Positions 46,769 to 57,058 of a stretch of 64,000 bases of DNA are shown here, piece after piece; within the stretch, counting starts at the first letter, position 1, and every line of letters begins with the position of its first letter. Location of the stretch: contig OZ219926.1 of the NCBI GenBank assembly GCA_964291405.2, positions 64,001-128,000 of the forward strand, written 5' to 3'. The stretch comes from Thermodesulfobacteriota bacterium. Lineage in GTDB: Bacteria; Desulfobacterota; Binatia; Bin18. Both the position numbers and the translations under genes were made by a program. Below the pieces are notes generated by a model. It had not been told where the DNA came from. It did no database searches and worked only from the letters and a program-made list of their open reading frames with translations.

Positions 46769-49033
46769 ATGATCATTACGAGTGTTCACGCGAAAAATGT
46801 GCTTCGTTATACGGAACTGAAGCTGACGAATCTCCCCCGGCGAGGAGTGATTGGCATAAGCGGCGCAAATGAATCCGGCAAAACGACCATTGCCGAGATT
46901 CTGTGTCTGGCGCTGTTTGGCCGGACGTTCTCCCATGCCGAGGGCGACTTCCAAAAAAATATCAAGTGGGGCGAGTTTGGTGCTTCAGTCTCTGTTGGCT
47001 TTCTTGCCAAGGATAAACACAGCTATCTGATTACCCGCTCTTTTGACGCAGACGGGAATCACTTGGCTCAGCTTCGCAGGGAAGGGGAAGACGAGCCTTT
47101 TGTCCGTGGAGCCGCTGCTGTGAACGAGAATGTCGCTCAGCTGTGTGGTTTTACCTATCAACGTTTTATTGATTCCTTCTATTTAGCCCAGCGCAACATC
47201 GCCTCTCCGTCTATCCTCCTCCAGACCGCCAAGGCGTTGGCAGGTGTCGAAACCTTTGAGCAGGTAGCGACTGAATGTGAGTCCGATATCCACGCCCTCC
47301 AGGAAGAACTCGCCCCTCTGCATGGCGGCCTTGCCGAGGCTCGCCAGCAGCGCAGTGAACTCAATATCCAGGCTGATGCGTTACCGAATTTGAAGACGGA
47401 ACGGGACGCGCAAACCACAGCCGTTGCTGAGCGAAAAAAAGAGAATACGGTCCGTCAGTTAACGCTCGACCGGCTGAGCGCTGCAACCGCAGAGATCGCC
47501 GAGCTAGTGAAAAAGACGATACGCGCCACTCGCGATACCGGCTTGAAGCAGTGGCTCCATTATGCGGAGAACATCGATACGGCCACACAAAACGTAGACG
47601 CGGCGAGTGAAGGGGCAGAATCCGGTTCGGGTCCACGACTGACCGGGGCACTACAGTCTTGGCGTGACGATTTGCACAAGCGTCTTGAGGCTTTTACCCC
47701 GGTGCGTAACGCGGCAGCTGCTTATCGCCAACGTTTGGCCTGGCTCATTGGCCAGGGAGAGCGACCGGCCGAGGTTGACGCTCGTGCGCGCTCTTTACCC
47801 GACCAGAGAGCACTGCTTCTCAGTCAGGGGGAAGGCATACGCGGGAAGCGGACCGGTCCTATTATCGGCTTTTTTGGCGCGTTTCTGTTGATGATTATGA
47901 GTTGGAGCGTGCTCTGGTTTCTGAACTATATGCCAGACCACGCCATCGGACAGTGGCTCAGCAACGACCTGCAACTACAGGTGACGCACACTACCGTGCT
48001 TTCTCTTGTTGCCATAGTCTCCAGTGGGCTGAGCCTGTTGTTGCTGGTTATGGTTTTCATTTTGACGGAGCGGATTCTGACCGCGCGGCAAAAGGCCGCC
48101 CGCCTCCAAGCCGACCAAGAAGAAATCAAAGCCCAGCTCCAAAGCTTAGACGATCTTCCCCAGCAATCCCTGGTAACTGAGATCGCGACGCTTAATGCCT
48201 GTGATGATCCACAATTGAAAGAAGCTCTGACCCAGTTTGTTAGTGGTCCCGGCGCGTCGCTGCTCGATGCAGAGGTGCTCGCAGCGTTTCTTGCTCCGCT
48301 GGAGGCTGCAAGCCTCACCTGCCGGGAGGATGCTGACGCTATCACCAGACGGATAACTGAAGAAATACAGTCGGTTGAGACGAACATGGCTGCCATACGC
48401 CAAGACCTCGACCGTTTGGACCAGGCCATTACGGAAGAAGAGCGTCGCCTCAATAAAGCGGCGCAGCTGGACCAGGAGGTCGCTGCGTTCGAAAAGGATA
48501 TTGATAGCAAAACCCACAGTATTGAAGTACGGCGGACCGCGCAAAATCTCCTCGCTGGCTCACACCGTCGTTTACTGAGCCGGTTTAACCTGGAGATGCG
48601 GCACGTTGTGAGTAAAATCATGCCGAAGCTCACTGAGGGGCGCTACGAGACCATGCAGATCGATAATGATCTCAACGTCCGGGTATGGTCGAGTGAAAAG
48701 GGTCATTTTGTTGATTTGAATGAGATTTCGGGAGGAACATATAATCAGGTTATGCTGGCCATCCGTCTCGCCTTGTCACAAGCCCTGATTACCTCATCGC
48801 TGTGTGGCGTTGAGTGCCTGATTCTTGATGAGCCGTTCGCCTTTTTTGACGCCCAGCGTACCCAAAAGACTCTGGAAATTTTGCCTCAGGTCAGTCCTGA
48901 AATCGAACAGATGTGGATTATTGCTCAGCGGTTTGACGACAGCAGCCCCTTTGCCCTGCACCTGAATTGCTCACGGGACTCGGAGGTTTTGATCGCCCCC
49001 GTGGGCGAATATGAGGCGCTGGAGGAGGGGTAG
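46769..49033 (+). CDS. SMC/Rad50(SbcC)-like ATPase with central transmembrane helices
   Basis: Walker A GANESGKT, Q-loop YLAQ, coiled coils, two hydrophobic segments, signature ISGG, Walker B LILDEP. Confidence 0.88.
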   Translation: MIITSVHAKNVLRYTELKLTNLPRRGVIGISGANESGKTTIAEILCLALFGRTFSHAEGDFQKNIKWGEFGASVSVGFLAKDKHSYLITRSFDADGNHLAQLRREGEDEPFVRGAAAVNENVAQLCGFTYQRFIDSFYLAQRNIASPSILLQTAKALAGVETFEQVATECESDIHALQEELAPLHGGLAEARQQRSELNIQADALPNLKTERDAQTTAVAERKKENTVRQLTLDRLSAATAEIAELVKKTIRATRDTGLKQWLHYAENIDTATQNVDAASEGAESGSGPRLTGALQSWRDDLHKRLEAFTPVRNAAAAYRQRLAWLIGQGERPAEVDARARSLPDQRALLLSQGEGIRGKRTGPIIGFFGAFLLMIMSWSVLWFLNYMPDHAIGQWLSNDLQLQVTHTTVLSLVAIVSSGLSLLLLVMVFILTERILTARQKAARLQADQEEIKAQLQSLDDLPQQSLVTEIATLNACDDPQLKEALTQFVSGPGASLLDAEVLAAFLAPLEAASLTCREDADAITRRITEEIQSVETNMAAIRQDLDRLDQAITEEERRLNKAAQLDQEVAAFEKDIDSKTHSIEVRRTAQNLLAGSHRRLLSRFNLEMRHVVSKIMPKLTEGRYETMQIDNDLNVRVWSSEKGHFVDLNEISGGTYNQVMLAIRLALSQALITSSLCGVECLILDEPFAFFDAQRTQKTLEILPQVSPEIEQMWIIAQRFDDSSPFALHLNCSRDSEVLIAPVGEYEALEEG

Positions 49034-49116
49034 GGACTATATGAGTCCTTTGAGTCCTTGAGACCCAAAGAACCAACGCATCCTGTATAACCACAAATCT
49101 CAGTCAAGGAGATCGT

Positions 49117-50268
49117 ATGGATTTCGCTCTCACTAAAGAACAAGAAGCGTTTCGCGCGGAAATCCGGGAGTTCCTGTCGAGCGAGGTGCCGGCTGAGGCA
49201 CGGGTTGAAGACGGCTGGATTAGCGGCTATTCGCGTGAATTTTCTCAGAAACTTGGCCAGCAGGGCTGGATCGGATTGACCTGGCCCAAGCAATACGGCG
49301 GGCAAGAGAAGTCGTATCTTGACCGCTTGATCCTGACCGAAGAACTGCTGCGTACCGGAGCCCCGGTCGCGGCGCACTGGCTGGGGGATCGTCAGGTTGG
49401 TCCGGCGCTGCTGGCGTATGGAAGTGAAGAGCAAAAACAAGAAATACTCCCGCAAGTCTGTAAAGGTGAGATCGTCTTTTGTCTGGGTATGAGTGAACCT
49501 GGATCTGGCTCGGACCTGGCTTCGCTCCAGACCCGGGCGAAAGAGGAGGGAGATCACTATACCTTGAACGGCCAAAAAATTTGGACCAGCTTCGCCCATG
49601 TTGCAGACTACGCCTATCTGGTTGCTCGTACGGACCCGGATGCACCGAAGCATAGGGGGATCAGTGAGTTCTTGGTTGCGATGGATACCCCGGGTGTTGA
49701 TGTGCGACCCCTCATAGATGCCACAGGGGAACATCATTTTAATGAGGTTTTTTTTGATAACGCTGAGATACCGAAAAACCGGCTGATTGGTGAGAAAAAT
49801 CGAGGCTGGTACCAGATTGCCTCTCAGCTTGACTATGAACGCAGTGGCATTGAGCGGTTGTTGAGTAATTATCCCCTTTTTCAGGATGCTGTTCGGTACG
49901 CAAAGGAACAGGGGCTGACGAAAGACCCGCTTGTCCGGGACACACTGTCTCAGCTTCAGATCGAGCTCGATTTGGGTCGTTCCATGGTTTACAAGGTGGC
50001 GTGGTATCTGACTCAGAAGATGGTGCCGAACTATGAGGCCGCCATGGCAAAGTGTTTTTGTACCGAAGTGGAACAGCGTATTGCCAAAGCGGTGAGTGAA
50101 CTGCTGGGTGATTATGCGGTCCTCTTGCCGGGCTCGCTTCATGCTCGCTTAGCCGGCCGTGCGGCCCGAGAATATCTGTATGCCCCGGCCTACACCATCC
50201 AGGGCGGAACGAGTAATATTCTGCGCAATATCGTCGCGATCCGCGGCCTGGGTTTGCAGCCAGGGTAG
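49117..50268 (+). CDS. Acyl-CoA dehydrogenase family protein
   Basis: WPKQYGG, GMSEPGSGSDLASL, NGQKIWTS, FNEVFFD, TIQGGTSNI. Confidence 0.95.
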   Translation: MDFALTKEQEAFRAEIREFLSSEVPAEARVEDGWISGYSREFSQKLGQQGWIGLTWPKQYGGQEKSYLDRLILTEELLRTGAPVAAHWLGDRQVGPALLAYGSEEQKQEILPQVCKGEIVFCLGMSEPGSGSDLASLQTRAKEEGDHYTLNGQKIWTSFAHVADYAYLVARTDPDAPKHRGISEFLVAMDTPGVDVRPLIDATGEHHFNEVFFDNAEIPKNRLIGEKNRGWYQIASQLDYERSGIERLLSNYPLFQDAVRYAKEQGLTKDPLVRDTLSQLQIELDLGRSMVYKVAWYLTQKMVPNYEAAMAKCFCTEVEQRIAKAVSELLGDYAVLLPGSLHARLAGRAAREYLYAPAYTIQGGTSNILRNIVAIRGLGLQPG

Positions 50269-50269
50269 A

Positions 50270-50322
50270 ATGAGTAAACGTATCCAGCATCTGCATGTTT
50301 ATTGGAGGACACGTTTACTCAT
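50270..50322 (+). repeat. Dispersed hairpin element, copy 6
   Basis: ATGAGTAAACGTATCC-AGCATCTGCATGTTTATTGGA-GGACACGTTTACTCAT; compensatory A-T to T-A. Confidence 0.9.
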
Positions 50323-50405
50323 CGGGACAGCATAAGAGTGAGCGGTTGCTCTTATGCTGCTCGGTCTTTGAGACGGGCCAGTCGGCCCTGACTGAAGGAG
50401 TGCCC

Positions 50406-51158
50406 ATGCTTTTGGAAAATAAAGTTGCGCTTATTACTGGATCCGTCCGAGGGACCGGAGCTGGCATTGCCCGTGTTTTCGCCGGCGAAGGAGCGAAGGT
50501 TGTCATTAACCAAGTCAAAGAAGAAGGTAATCCTCAACAGGTGCTTGAAGAAATCGAATCAGCTGGTGGGCAAGCCCTGTTTGTCAAGGCAGACATTACA
50601 GATGAAACCCAAGTTGCTGATATGATTCGCCAAACCGAAGATCGATTTGGCCAGGTTGATATCCTCGTTAACAATTATGCTGGCAGTATTCCGCAGAAAC
50701 TGTTTCAGGACACAACCTGGGCGGACTGGCAGTATCAGCTCGATACGACGGTCAAAGCCGCCTTTTTGTGTGCGCAGGCGGTTTTGCCTGGAATGAGAAC
50801 GCGACGGTGGGGGCGGATCATCAGCATCAACACGATCGGCATTCATCAACCAAGCCCACACTATCACGCTTATATTGCAGCAAAAACAGCGATGTTGGGC
50901 TTCTCTCGCAATTTAGCGGTTGAATGTGGTCAGTATAATATCACCGTCAATATTGTCTCTCCCGGCTTGACCTTAACTCAGGAAGTCCAAGACATGATGA
51001 CGGATGAAACCCAGGCAAGGCATGAGAGCAAAGTGCCGTTGCGCAGAACAGGAACCGTTGAGGATACGGCAAACGCGGCGCTGTTTTTTGCGTCTGAGTT
51101 GGGCAGCTTCGTTACCGGCCACTACATGCCAGTGTGTGGTGGGCAGGTGTTAGAGTAG
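50406..51158 (+). CDS. SDR family oxidoreductase (FabG-like)
   Basis: TGSVRGTG, YIAAK, NIVSPG; AAGGAG RBS. Confidence 0.92.
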   Translation: MLLENKVALITGSVRGTGAGIARVFAGEGAKVVINQVKEEGNPQQVLEEIESAGGQALFVKADITDETQVADMIRQTEDRFGQVDILVNNYAGSIPQKLFQDTTWADWQYQLDTTVKAAFLCAQAVLPGMRTRRWGRIISINTIGIHQPSPHYHAYIAAKTAMLGFSRNLAVECGQYNITVNIVSPGLTLTQEVQDMMTDETQARHESKVPLRRTGTVEDTANAALFFASELGSFVTGHYMPVCGGQVLE

Positions 51159-51227
51159 GCTGAAGGATTGCTCATTTGATAAATGTGAGACTGATAATGT
51201 TTCTTTTGTAAAATTTGAGAGGGATAT

Positions 51228-52241
51228 ATGCAGCGATATGGAATCGCTCTTTTTACGCCGACGATCCGCGACATGATGGAAATCGCTCAACTCGCAGATG
51301 AGGCCGGCTTTGATTCTCTTTGGAACGGCGAGTTTTTTAATCGCAATAGCCTAGTCACCTTAGCCGCGGTTGCCACGTGTACCCAGCGCGCCAAAATTGC
51401 GACCGGTATTGCCTATGCGTATATGCGGAACCCGGTGCTGAATGCGACCGGGGCAATGGATATTGACGAACTCTCGAACGGCCGTCTGATTCTTGGCTTA
51501 GGGAGTGGGACCCGTTCCATGAACGAAATGTGGTACGGAGAAAAGTTCGAGCCCCGCTCGGCGTTGAAAATGAAAGAATGTGTTGCACTGATCAGGAAAA
51601 TATGGGCATCGCACGCGGGCGGTGGGGTGAAGTTTGAGGGCGACTATTACAGCTTGAACATCCCTGCGTACGCGCGTCCGCATATCGTCCGTGACCGTAT
51701 TCCTCTCTATCTGGCGGCGGTACAAAAGGGCATGTTGCGGACGACTGGCGAGATTGCCGACGGCTTAGTCGGCCACCCGCTCTACAGCCGTAAATATATC
51801 GCGGAATTCATTCGACCGAATATAGAGGTCGGAGCGAAGCGGGCGGGTCGGAACTCTAAGGATGTTGACATGACGATGCTGCTGATCACCGCTATCAGCC
51901 ATGATCACAAGCAAGCCATACGCGAGGCGAAAAATCAGATCGCCTTTTATGCCTCGGTAAAATCCTACGAGGGCATTCTGAATCTGCATGGTTGGGAGGA
52001 ACAAAAACGGACGATATGGGAACATTTCAGAACCTTTAACCTGCCAAAGATGGCGGCTGCCGTGACCGACGATATGGTCGAACAAATCGCAATCGCAGGC
52101 ACGCCGGAAGAATGTCGTGAGCAGATTGAGAAATGGAAAGGCGTGGTGGACCTGCCTATTCTGTATACACCAACGGCTGGGGTAAGGGCTGATCGTGTAC
52201 GAGAGAATCACAGACTCATTGTTGAGACGTTTGGTCAGTAA
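51228..52241 (+). CDS. LLM-class flavin/F420-dependent oxidoreductase
   Basis: ADEAGFDSLW, ELSNGRLILGLGSG, GEIADG. Confidence 0.9.
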   Translation: MQRYGIALFTPTIRDMMEIAQLADEAGFDSLWNGEFFNRNSLVTLAAVATCTQRAKIATGIAYAYMRNPVLNATGAMDIDELSNGRLILGLGSGTRSMNEMWYGEKFEPRSALKMKECVALIRKIWASHAGGGVKFEGDYYSLNIPAYARPHIVRDRIPLYLAAVQKGMLRTTGEIADGLVGHPLYSRKYIAEFIRPNIEVGAKRAGRNSKDVDMTMLLITAISHDHKQAIREAKNQIAFYASVKSYEGILNLHGWEEQKRTIWEHFRTFNLPKMAAAVTDDMVEQIAIAGTPEECREQIEKWKGVVDLPILYTPTAGVRADRVRENHRLIVETFGQ

Positions 52242-52279
52242 CATAATCCGAAAGAGAAGTGGGTGTCGTTAGAGAAAAA

Positions 52280-52295
52280 TGTTTCGTGTGAAACA
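52280..52295. other. parS-like site
   Basis: TGTTTCGTGTGAAACA, 14/16 match to TGTTTCACGTGAAACA, in an AT-rich intergenic region. Confidence 0.4.
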
Positions 52296-52540
52296 GGTAA
52301 GGTATTGGATGAGATAATTTAGTTTTTTAAGGATTTTCTCTGGTTGTTAAGATTGAAAAAATATCAAACAGTTAGATGGTAAGGTGGGAAATATTCTCAG
52401 GTAGAACATCACTTTTTGATATATGGTGATGTCGAGCCTGGAACGATTTTACAGTGTCATCTGTTCTCTCCATCGAGGGGGTACGGGAAGACTGAAGTCC
52501 AGCTATACCCAACCAGTGTTGATGAGCTAAAACTATTAAG

Positions 52541-53347
52541 GTGAATGGTGTGAGTGGAGATGCAGCCATCGGAATTTTTGACTCCGGCATAGGTGGACTC
52601 ACCGTCTATCAGCAAATTGCGACTCTCTTGCCTGCTGAAAGCCTGATATATCTCGGAGATACTGCGCGCTGTCCTTATGGGACAAAGTCACACGATGTTG
52701 TGACGCAATATGCGTGTGAGAATAGTGATTTTCTCGCCGAACGGAATATCAAGATGCTAGTGGTGGCGTGTAATACGGCCTCGGCAGTGGCACTCATGGC
52801 TTTACAAGAACGCTACGCTATACCCGTTATCGGTGTGATACAGCCTGGTGCTTCGGCGGCCGTCCGGTTGAGTCGAAATAAAAAAATAGGAGTGATAGGG
52901 ACCGAGGCAACTATCGCGAGTGGAGCGTATACAAAAGCGCTGCGCGCCTTAGACCCGTCTCTTGAGATTTATACGCGCGCGTGCCCACTGCTTGTTCCGT
53001 TAGTGGAGGAGGGCTGGGTGGAGAACGAGGTGGCCCACTCGACCGTAGCGACGTATCTCAGCAGCCTCAAACAGAGTGGTATAGATACGTTGATTTTAGG
53101 CTGCACGCATTATCCTTTATTAAAAAGGACGATTGCGGCATATCTGGGAGAGCATGTACAGCTCATTGATTCTGCTGAGGAAACGGCCAAGGTGGTGAGC
53201 GCAACCTTATTAGCTGACCACCGGACCCAGTTGAATGGACCGGGACGGGGTAGCTTTTTCGTCACAGACAGCCCGGACCAGTTCATTAAAGTTGGTGCTC
53301 GCTTTCTCGGTGACGTGGTTGAATCAGCAGTGCGTCTGGAACGTTAA
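52541..53347 (+). CDS. murI: Glutamate racemase
   Basis: [34 protein letters not shown]. Confidence 0.97.
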   Translation: MNGVSGDAAIGIFDSGIGGLTVYQQIATLLPAESLIYLGDTARCPYGTKSHDVVTQYACENSDFLAERNIKMLVVACNTASAVALMALQERYAIPVIGVIQPGASAAVRLSRNKKIGVIGTEATIASGAYTKALRALDPSLEIYTRACPLLVPLVEEGWVENEVAHSTVATYLSSLKQSGIDTLILGCTHYPLLKRTIAAYLGEHVQLIDSAEETAKVVSATLLADHRTQLNGPGRGSFFVTDSPDQFIKVGARFLGDVVESAVRLER

Positions 53348-53367
53348 TATCTAAAGGTAACACGATC

Positions 53368-56300
53368 ATGTTAGCACGTTTGGCACAGAAGATTTTTGGG
53401 AGCAAAAACGAACGCGAGCTCAAACGCATGCGCCCGTTAGTGGAAGAGATCGGGCAGCTTGAACCTGAACTGCAACCGCTCGGCATGGATGAACTGCGAG
53501 CGAAAACGGATACCTTCCGCAGCCGAATCCAAGAGGCCACTGCAGCGACACGAATACAGTTGGATGAGATTGCACGGCAGGCGGCCGAGATTGCTCCAGA
53601 AGGGGTCCCTGACGAAGATGATCTGGAAAAGTTGGACTACTTCCAAGAGGAACGAACCAGCCTGGAAAAAGAACTTCGCGCGGCGGAAGCTGATGTGCTT
53701 GAGGATATTCTGCCCGAAGCCTATGCGACAGTCCGCGAAGTCTCGCGTCGGGTCACCGGCATGCGTCATTTTGATAGCCAACTCCTCGGCGGTATTGTCC
53801 TCCATCAGGGCCGTATTGCCGAGATGAAAACGGGCGAAGGAAAGACGCTGGTCGCAACCCTATCGCTCTATCTCAACGCCCTGCTCGGTCGCGGATCACA
53901 TCTGGTAACGGTCAACGACTATCTGGCCCGACGGGACGTGCAGTGGATGGGGCCTATTTATCATGCCCTTGGGCTGTCCGTTGCTTCTATCGTACACGAC
54001 GCGAGTTTTATCTTTGACCCGACTCATGTGGTCAAAGATTATCGGTATATGAATCTTCGTCCGGTCAGTCGCAAAGAGGCCTATGCGGCCGATATCACCT
54101 ATGGAACGAATAACGAATACGGCTTCGACTACTTACGCGATAACATGAAGTTCAACCTTGAAGATTATGTTCAGCGTGAATTGCATTTTGCCATTGTTGA
54201 TGAAGTGGATAACATCTTGATTGACGAAGCCCGGACACCGCTTATTATTTCCGGTCCGGCAGAAGAATCCACACAGAAGTATTACTCGCTCAATCGAGTC
54301 ATTCCGCGTCTCCAGCGCGAGGTGGATTACGCCATTGACGAAAAACTCAGAACTGCAACGCTCACCGAAGAAGGAGTGGCGAAAGTTGAGCGTATTCTCG
54401 GCGTGCGTAACCTGTACGACCCGTCTGAGATCGGGACCTTACACCATGTCAACCAGGCGTTGAAAGCGCATGCCATTTTTAAGCGCGACGTTGACTATGT
54501 GATTAAGGATGGCGAAGTCGTCATCGTTGATGAATTTACCGGTCGTCTCATGCCCGGCCGACGCTGGTCGGATGGGCTGCATCAAGCCGTCGAAGCCAAG
54601 GAGGGCGTCCGGATTCGTGAGGAAAATCAAACCCTTGCGAGTATAACGATCCAGAATTACTTCCGCATGTACGATAAATTGGGAGGCATGACCGGAACTG
54701 CGGATACGGAAGCGGTTGAATTCAAGAAAATCTACGATCTTGATGTGGTGGTGATTCCACCCAACCGTCCCATGGTCCGAATGGACCACCCCGACGTGGT
54801 GTACAAGACCGAGCGTGAGAAATTCGAGGCCGTGATTGACGATATCCTCGACTGCTACGAGCGAGGACAACCCGTATTGGTCGGTACAATTTCAGTCGAG
54901 AAGTCCGAACATCTGGGTAGACTCCTCAAGAGAAAAAAGATTAAGCACAATGTCCTCAATGCGGTTAACCACGAGGCTGAGGCGAACATTATTGCCCAGG
55001 CGGGTCGTTTTGGTGCGGTGACTATTGCCACGAATATGGCCGGTCGGGGGACTGATATTTTGCTTGGCGGGAATCCGGAATTCCTGGCTCGCTCCGATAT
55101 TGAAAAAAAATGGGTCAATAAGGCCAGTGCCGCTCGGACCAAGAAAAATGCAAAAACAGCGGCCACAACGGAAAAGAGCTACGAAGACCGACTGGAAGAG
55201 ATTCGTGCCGAGTATAATGCTGCGATCACTCAGGCCCAGGAAAAATATGAACCTCAATGGACTCCTTTCGAGGAGGCCCGTAACGCGGCATTGAAACGGA
55301 TGACGGAGACCTATCGCCCCTATCTCCACGCCACGCTGCAGAAAGCTCGGGCCGACTATGGGGAGGCAATGCAGCTGATCGATACGACGCACGGCTCTCT
55401 TTCATCGGCGCAATTGGAGACGTATAGCCAGGTGCGAGAAGCGTATGAGTCGGCATTGTCAGAATATGACAAGGTGGTTGGTCCGGCGCTGAATGAAGAA
55501 CAACAACAAGAATATGAGACTGCGCGCGCTGATTTCATTGCAGTATTGACTGAAGACGGGATGGAGGAGGGGGAGGCGTCTGAGCGCCTTAACCTGAACC
55601 GAAGCCGCTATGAAGGATGGCTGGAAGATTACTGTCAGTCCATTATCCAGATGACCGGCTTAGCCCTGAGTGAAAACGGCCGTGTACAAGAGGAATACGA
55701 AGACGCCCGCCGGGCATATGAAGAAAACCAGCAAGCCTACCAGGATGCTGACCAACGCTACGAAGAGGCGCGGAAACCGTATGAAGCCGCTGTCGCTGAG
55801 GTAGAGCGTGTGTACGAGCAACAGCGTAAGGATCATGTTCAGGTCATAGAAGAGGTCCGGGAACAGCTTGAGAAAGCACCTGACGCGTATAGCCAGGATT
55901 TCAACGAAGTTCTTGAGAAGTACGAGAAAACGTGCAGCGAGGAGCGAGAAAAAGTTGTTGCTGCCGGTGGTGTACACATTTTGGGGACTGAGCGTCACGA
56001 GTCCCGGCGAATTGATAACCAACTCCGCGGGCGTGCGGGACGCCAGGGAGACCCCGGTTCATCCAGATTTTTCCTCTCGCTCGAAGATGACCTCCTGCGC
56101 ATTTTTGGCGCAGAACGCGTACAGAAAATAATGGACCGGCTGGGCATGGAAGAGGGGGAACCCATAGAAGCCGGACTCGTCACCCGGGCTATCGAAAATG
56201 CCCAGGGGCGAGTCGAGGGCCATAACTTCGATATCCGAAAACATCTGCTGGAATACGATGACGTGATTAACAAACAGCGTGAAGTCATCTATGAGCAGCG

Positions 56301-57048
56301 CCGGGGATTCCTGGCCGGCGAGAATTTGAAAGGTCAGGTACTGGAAATTGTTGAAGGGATGGCTGAAGAAAGTGTGCTGAACTATGCAGATAAAGGAATC
56401 GACCCGGCGGAGTGGGACTGGAAAGGGCTTGATGACACGGTGTTTCGCCAGTTCAATATGCGTCTTGGCTTAAGTGAGGAACAGCAAGAAGAGTTGATAA
56501 CGGAAGATCTCCAGGATTTGGTGCGAGACCGGGCGCTCCAACACTATGAAGAGCGTGAACAGTCTTTTACCCCGCCCGTTATGCGGTATCTCGAAAAGGT
56601 GATCATGCTGCAAACCGTGGACAGTCTATGGAAAGATCATCTGTTTGCCATGGATCACCTCAAAGAAGGGATTGGGCTGCGCGGCTACGGTCAGAAAAAC
56701 CCCCTGCAAGAGTATAAGAAAGAGGCATTTAATCTTTTTGATGACCTCTCCCGTCGGATGCAGGAAGATGTTGTTGAGAAGCTCTATAGCGTCCAAGTCG
56801 CACGCCAGGAAGATGTCCAGCGGATGGAGGAAGGACAGGCTGCCCAACGGTCCATGCAGATGTTGCACGGCGGACAGGCAACGCTCCAACAACCACAGCC
56901 AGCGACGCGAGCGGCACAGGGAGGACCGAATGGACAGCCGCCCGTGGAACGGCCCGTCCAGGCCATACGGGATACGCCCAAGGTTGGTCGGAACGCACCC
57001 TGTCCGTGTGGTAGCGGCAAGAAATACAAGAAGTGTCACGGCGCATAA
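53368..57048 (+). CDS. secA: Preprotein translocase subunit SecA (with large insertions)
   Basis: [58 protein letters not shown]-terminal [19 protein letters not shown]. Confidence 0.98.
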   Translation: MLARLAQKIFGSKNERELKRMRPLVEEIGQLEPELQPLGMDELRAKTDTFRSRIQEATAATRIQLDEIARQAAEIAPEGVPDEDDLEKLDYFQEERTSLEKELRAAEADVLEDILPEAYATVREVSRRVTGMRHFDSQLLGGIVLHQGRIAEMKTGEGKTLVATLSLYLNALLGRGSHLVTVNDYLARRDVQWMGPIYHALGLSVASIVHDASFIFDPTHVVKDYRYMNLRPVSRKEAYAADITYGTNNEYGFDYLRDNMKFNLEDYVQRELHFAIVDEVDNILIDEARTPLIISGPAEESTQKYYSLNRVIPRLQREVDYAIDEKLRTATLTEEGVAKVERILGVRNLYDPSEIGTLHHVNQALKAHAIFKRDVDYVIKDGEVVIVDEFTGRLMPGRRWSDGLHQAVEAKEGVRIREENQTLASITIQNYFRMYDKLGGMTGTADTEAVEFKKIYDLDVVVIPPNRPMVRMDHPDVVYKTEREKFEAVIDDILDCYERGQPVLVGTISVEKSEHLGRLLKRKKIKHNVLNAVNHEAEANIIAQAGRFGAVTIATNMAGRGTDILLGGNPEFLARSDIEKKWVNKASAARTKKNAKTAATTEKSYEDRLEEIRAEYNAAITQAQEKYEPQWTPFEEARNAALKRMTETYRPYLHATLQKARADYGEAMQLIDTTHGSLSSAQLETYSQVREAYESALSEYDKVVGPALNEEQQQEYETARADFIAVLTEDGMEEGEASERLNLNRSRYEGWLEDYCQSIIQMTGLALSENGRVQEEYEDARRAYEENQQAYQDADQRYEEARKPYEAAVAEVERVYEQQRKDHVQVIEEVREQLEKAPDAYSQDFNEVLEKYEKTCSEEREKVVAAGGVHILGTERHESRRIDNQLRGRAGRQGDPGSSRFFLSLEDDLLRIFGAERVQKIMDRLGMEEGEPIEAGLVTRAIENAQGRVEGHNFDIRKHLLEYDDVINKQREVIYEQRRGFLAGENLKGQVLEIVEGMAEESVLNYADKGIDPAEWDWKGLDDTVFRQFNMRLGLSEEQQEELITEDLQDLVRDRALQHYEEREQSFTPPVMRYLEKVIMLQTVDSLWKDHLFAMDHLKEGIGLRGYGQKNPLQEYKKEAFNLFDDLSRRMQEDVVEKLYSVQVARQEDVQRMEEGQAAQRSMQMLHGGQATLQQPQPATRAAQGGPNGQPPVERPVQAIRDTPKVGRNAPCPCGSGKKYKKCHGA

Positions 57049-57058
57049 GAGTCAAGTC

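Noticed and set aside
48925-50142. Long antisense ORFs (also 37154-38038, 32701-33534, 6230-7057, 7986-8843)
   Set aside because: They overlap well-supported genes on the opposite strand or in another frame, as expected in GC-rich DNA.
55093-55938. Intein in SecA
   Set aside because: No C-terminal His-Asn followed by Cys/Ser/Thr, no LAGLIDADG or Hint motifs; composition is coiled-coil-like.
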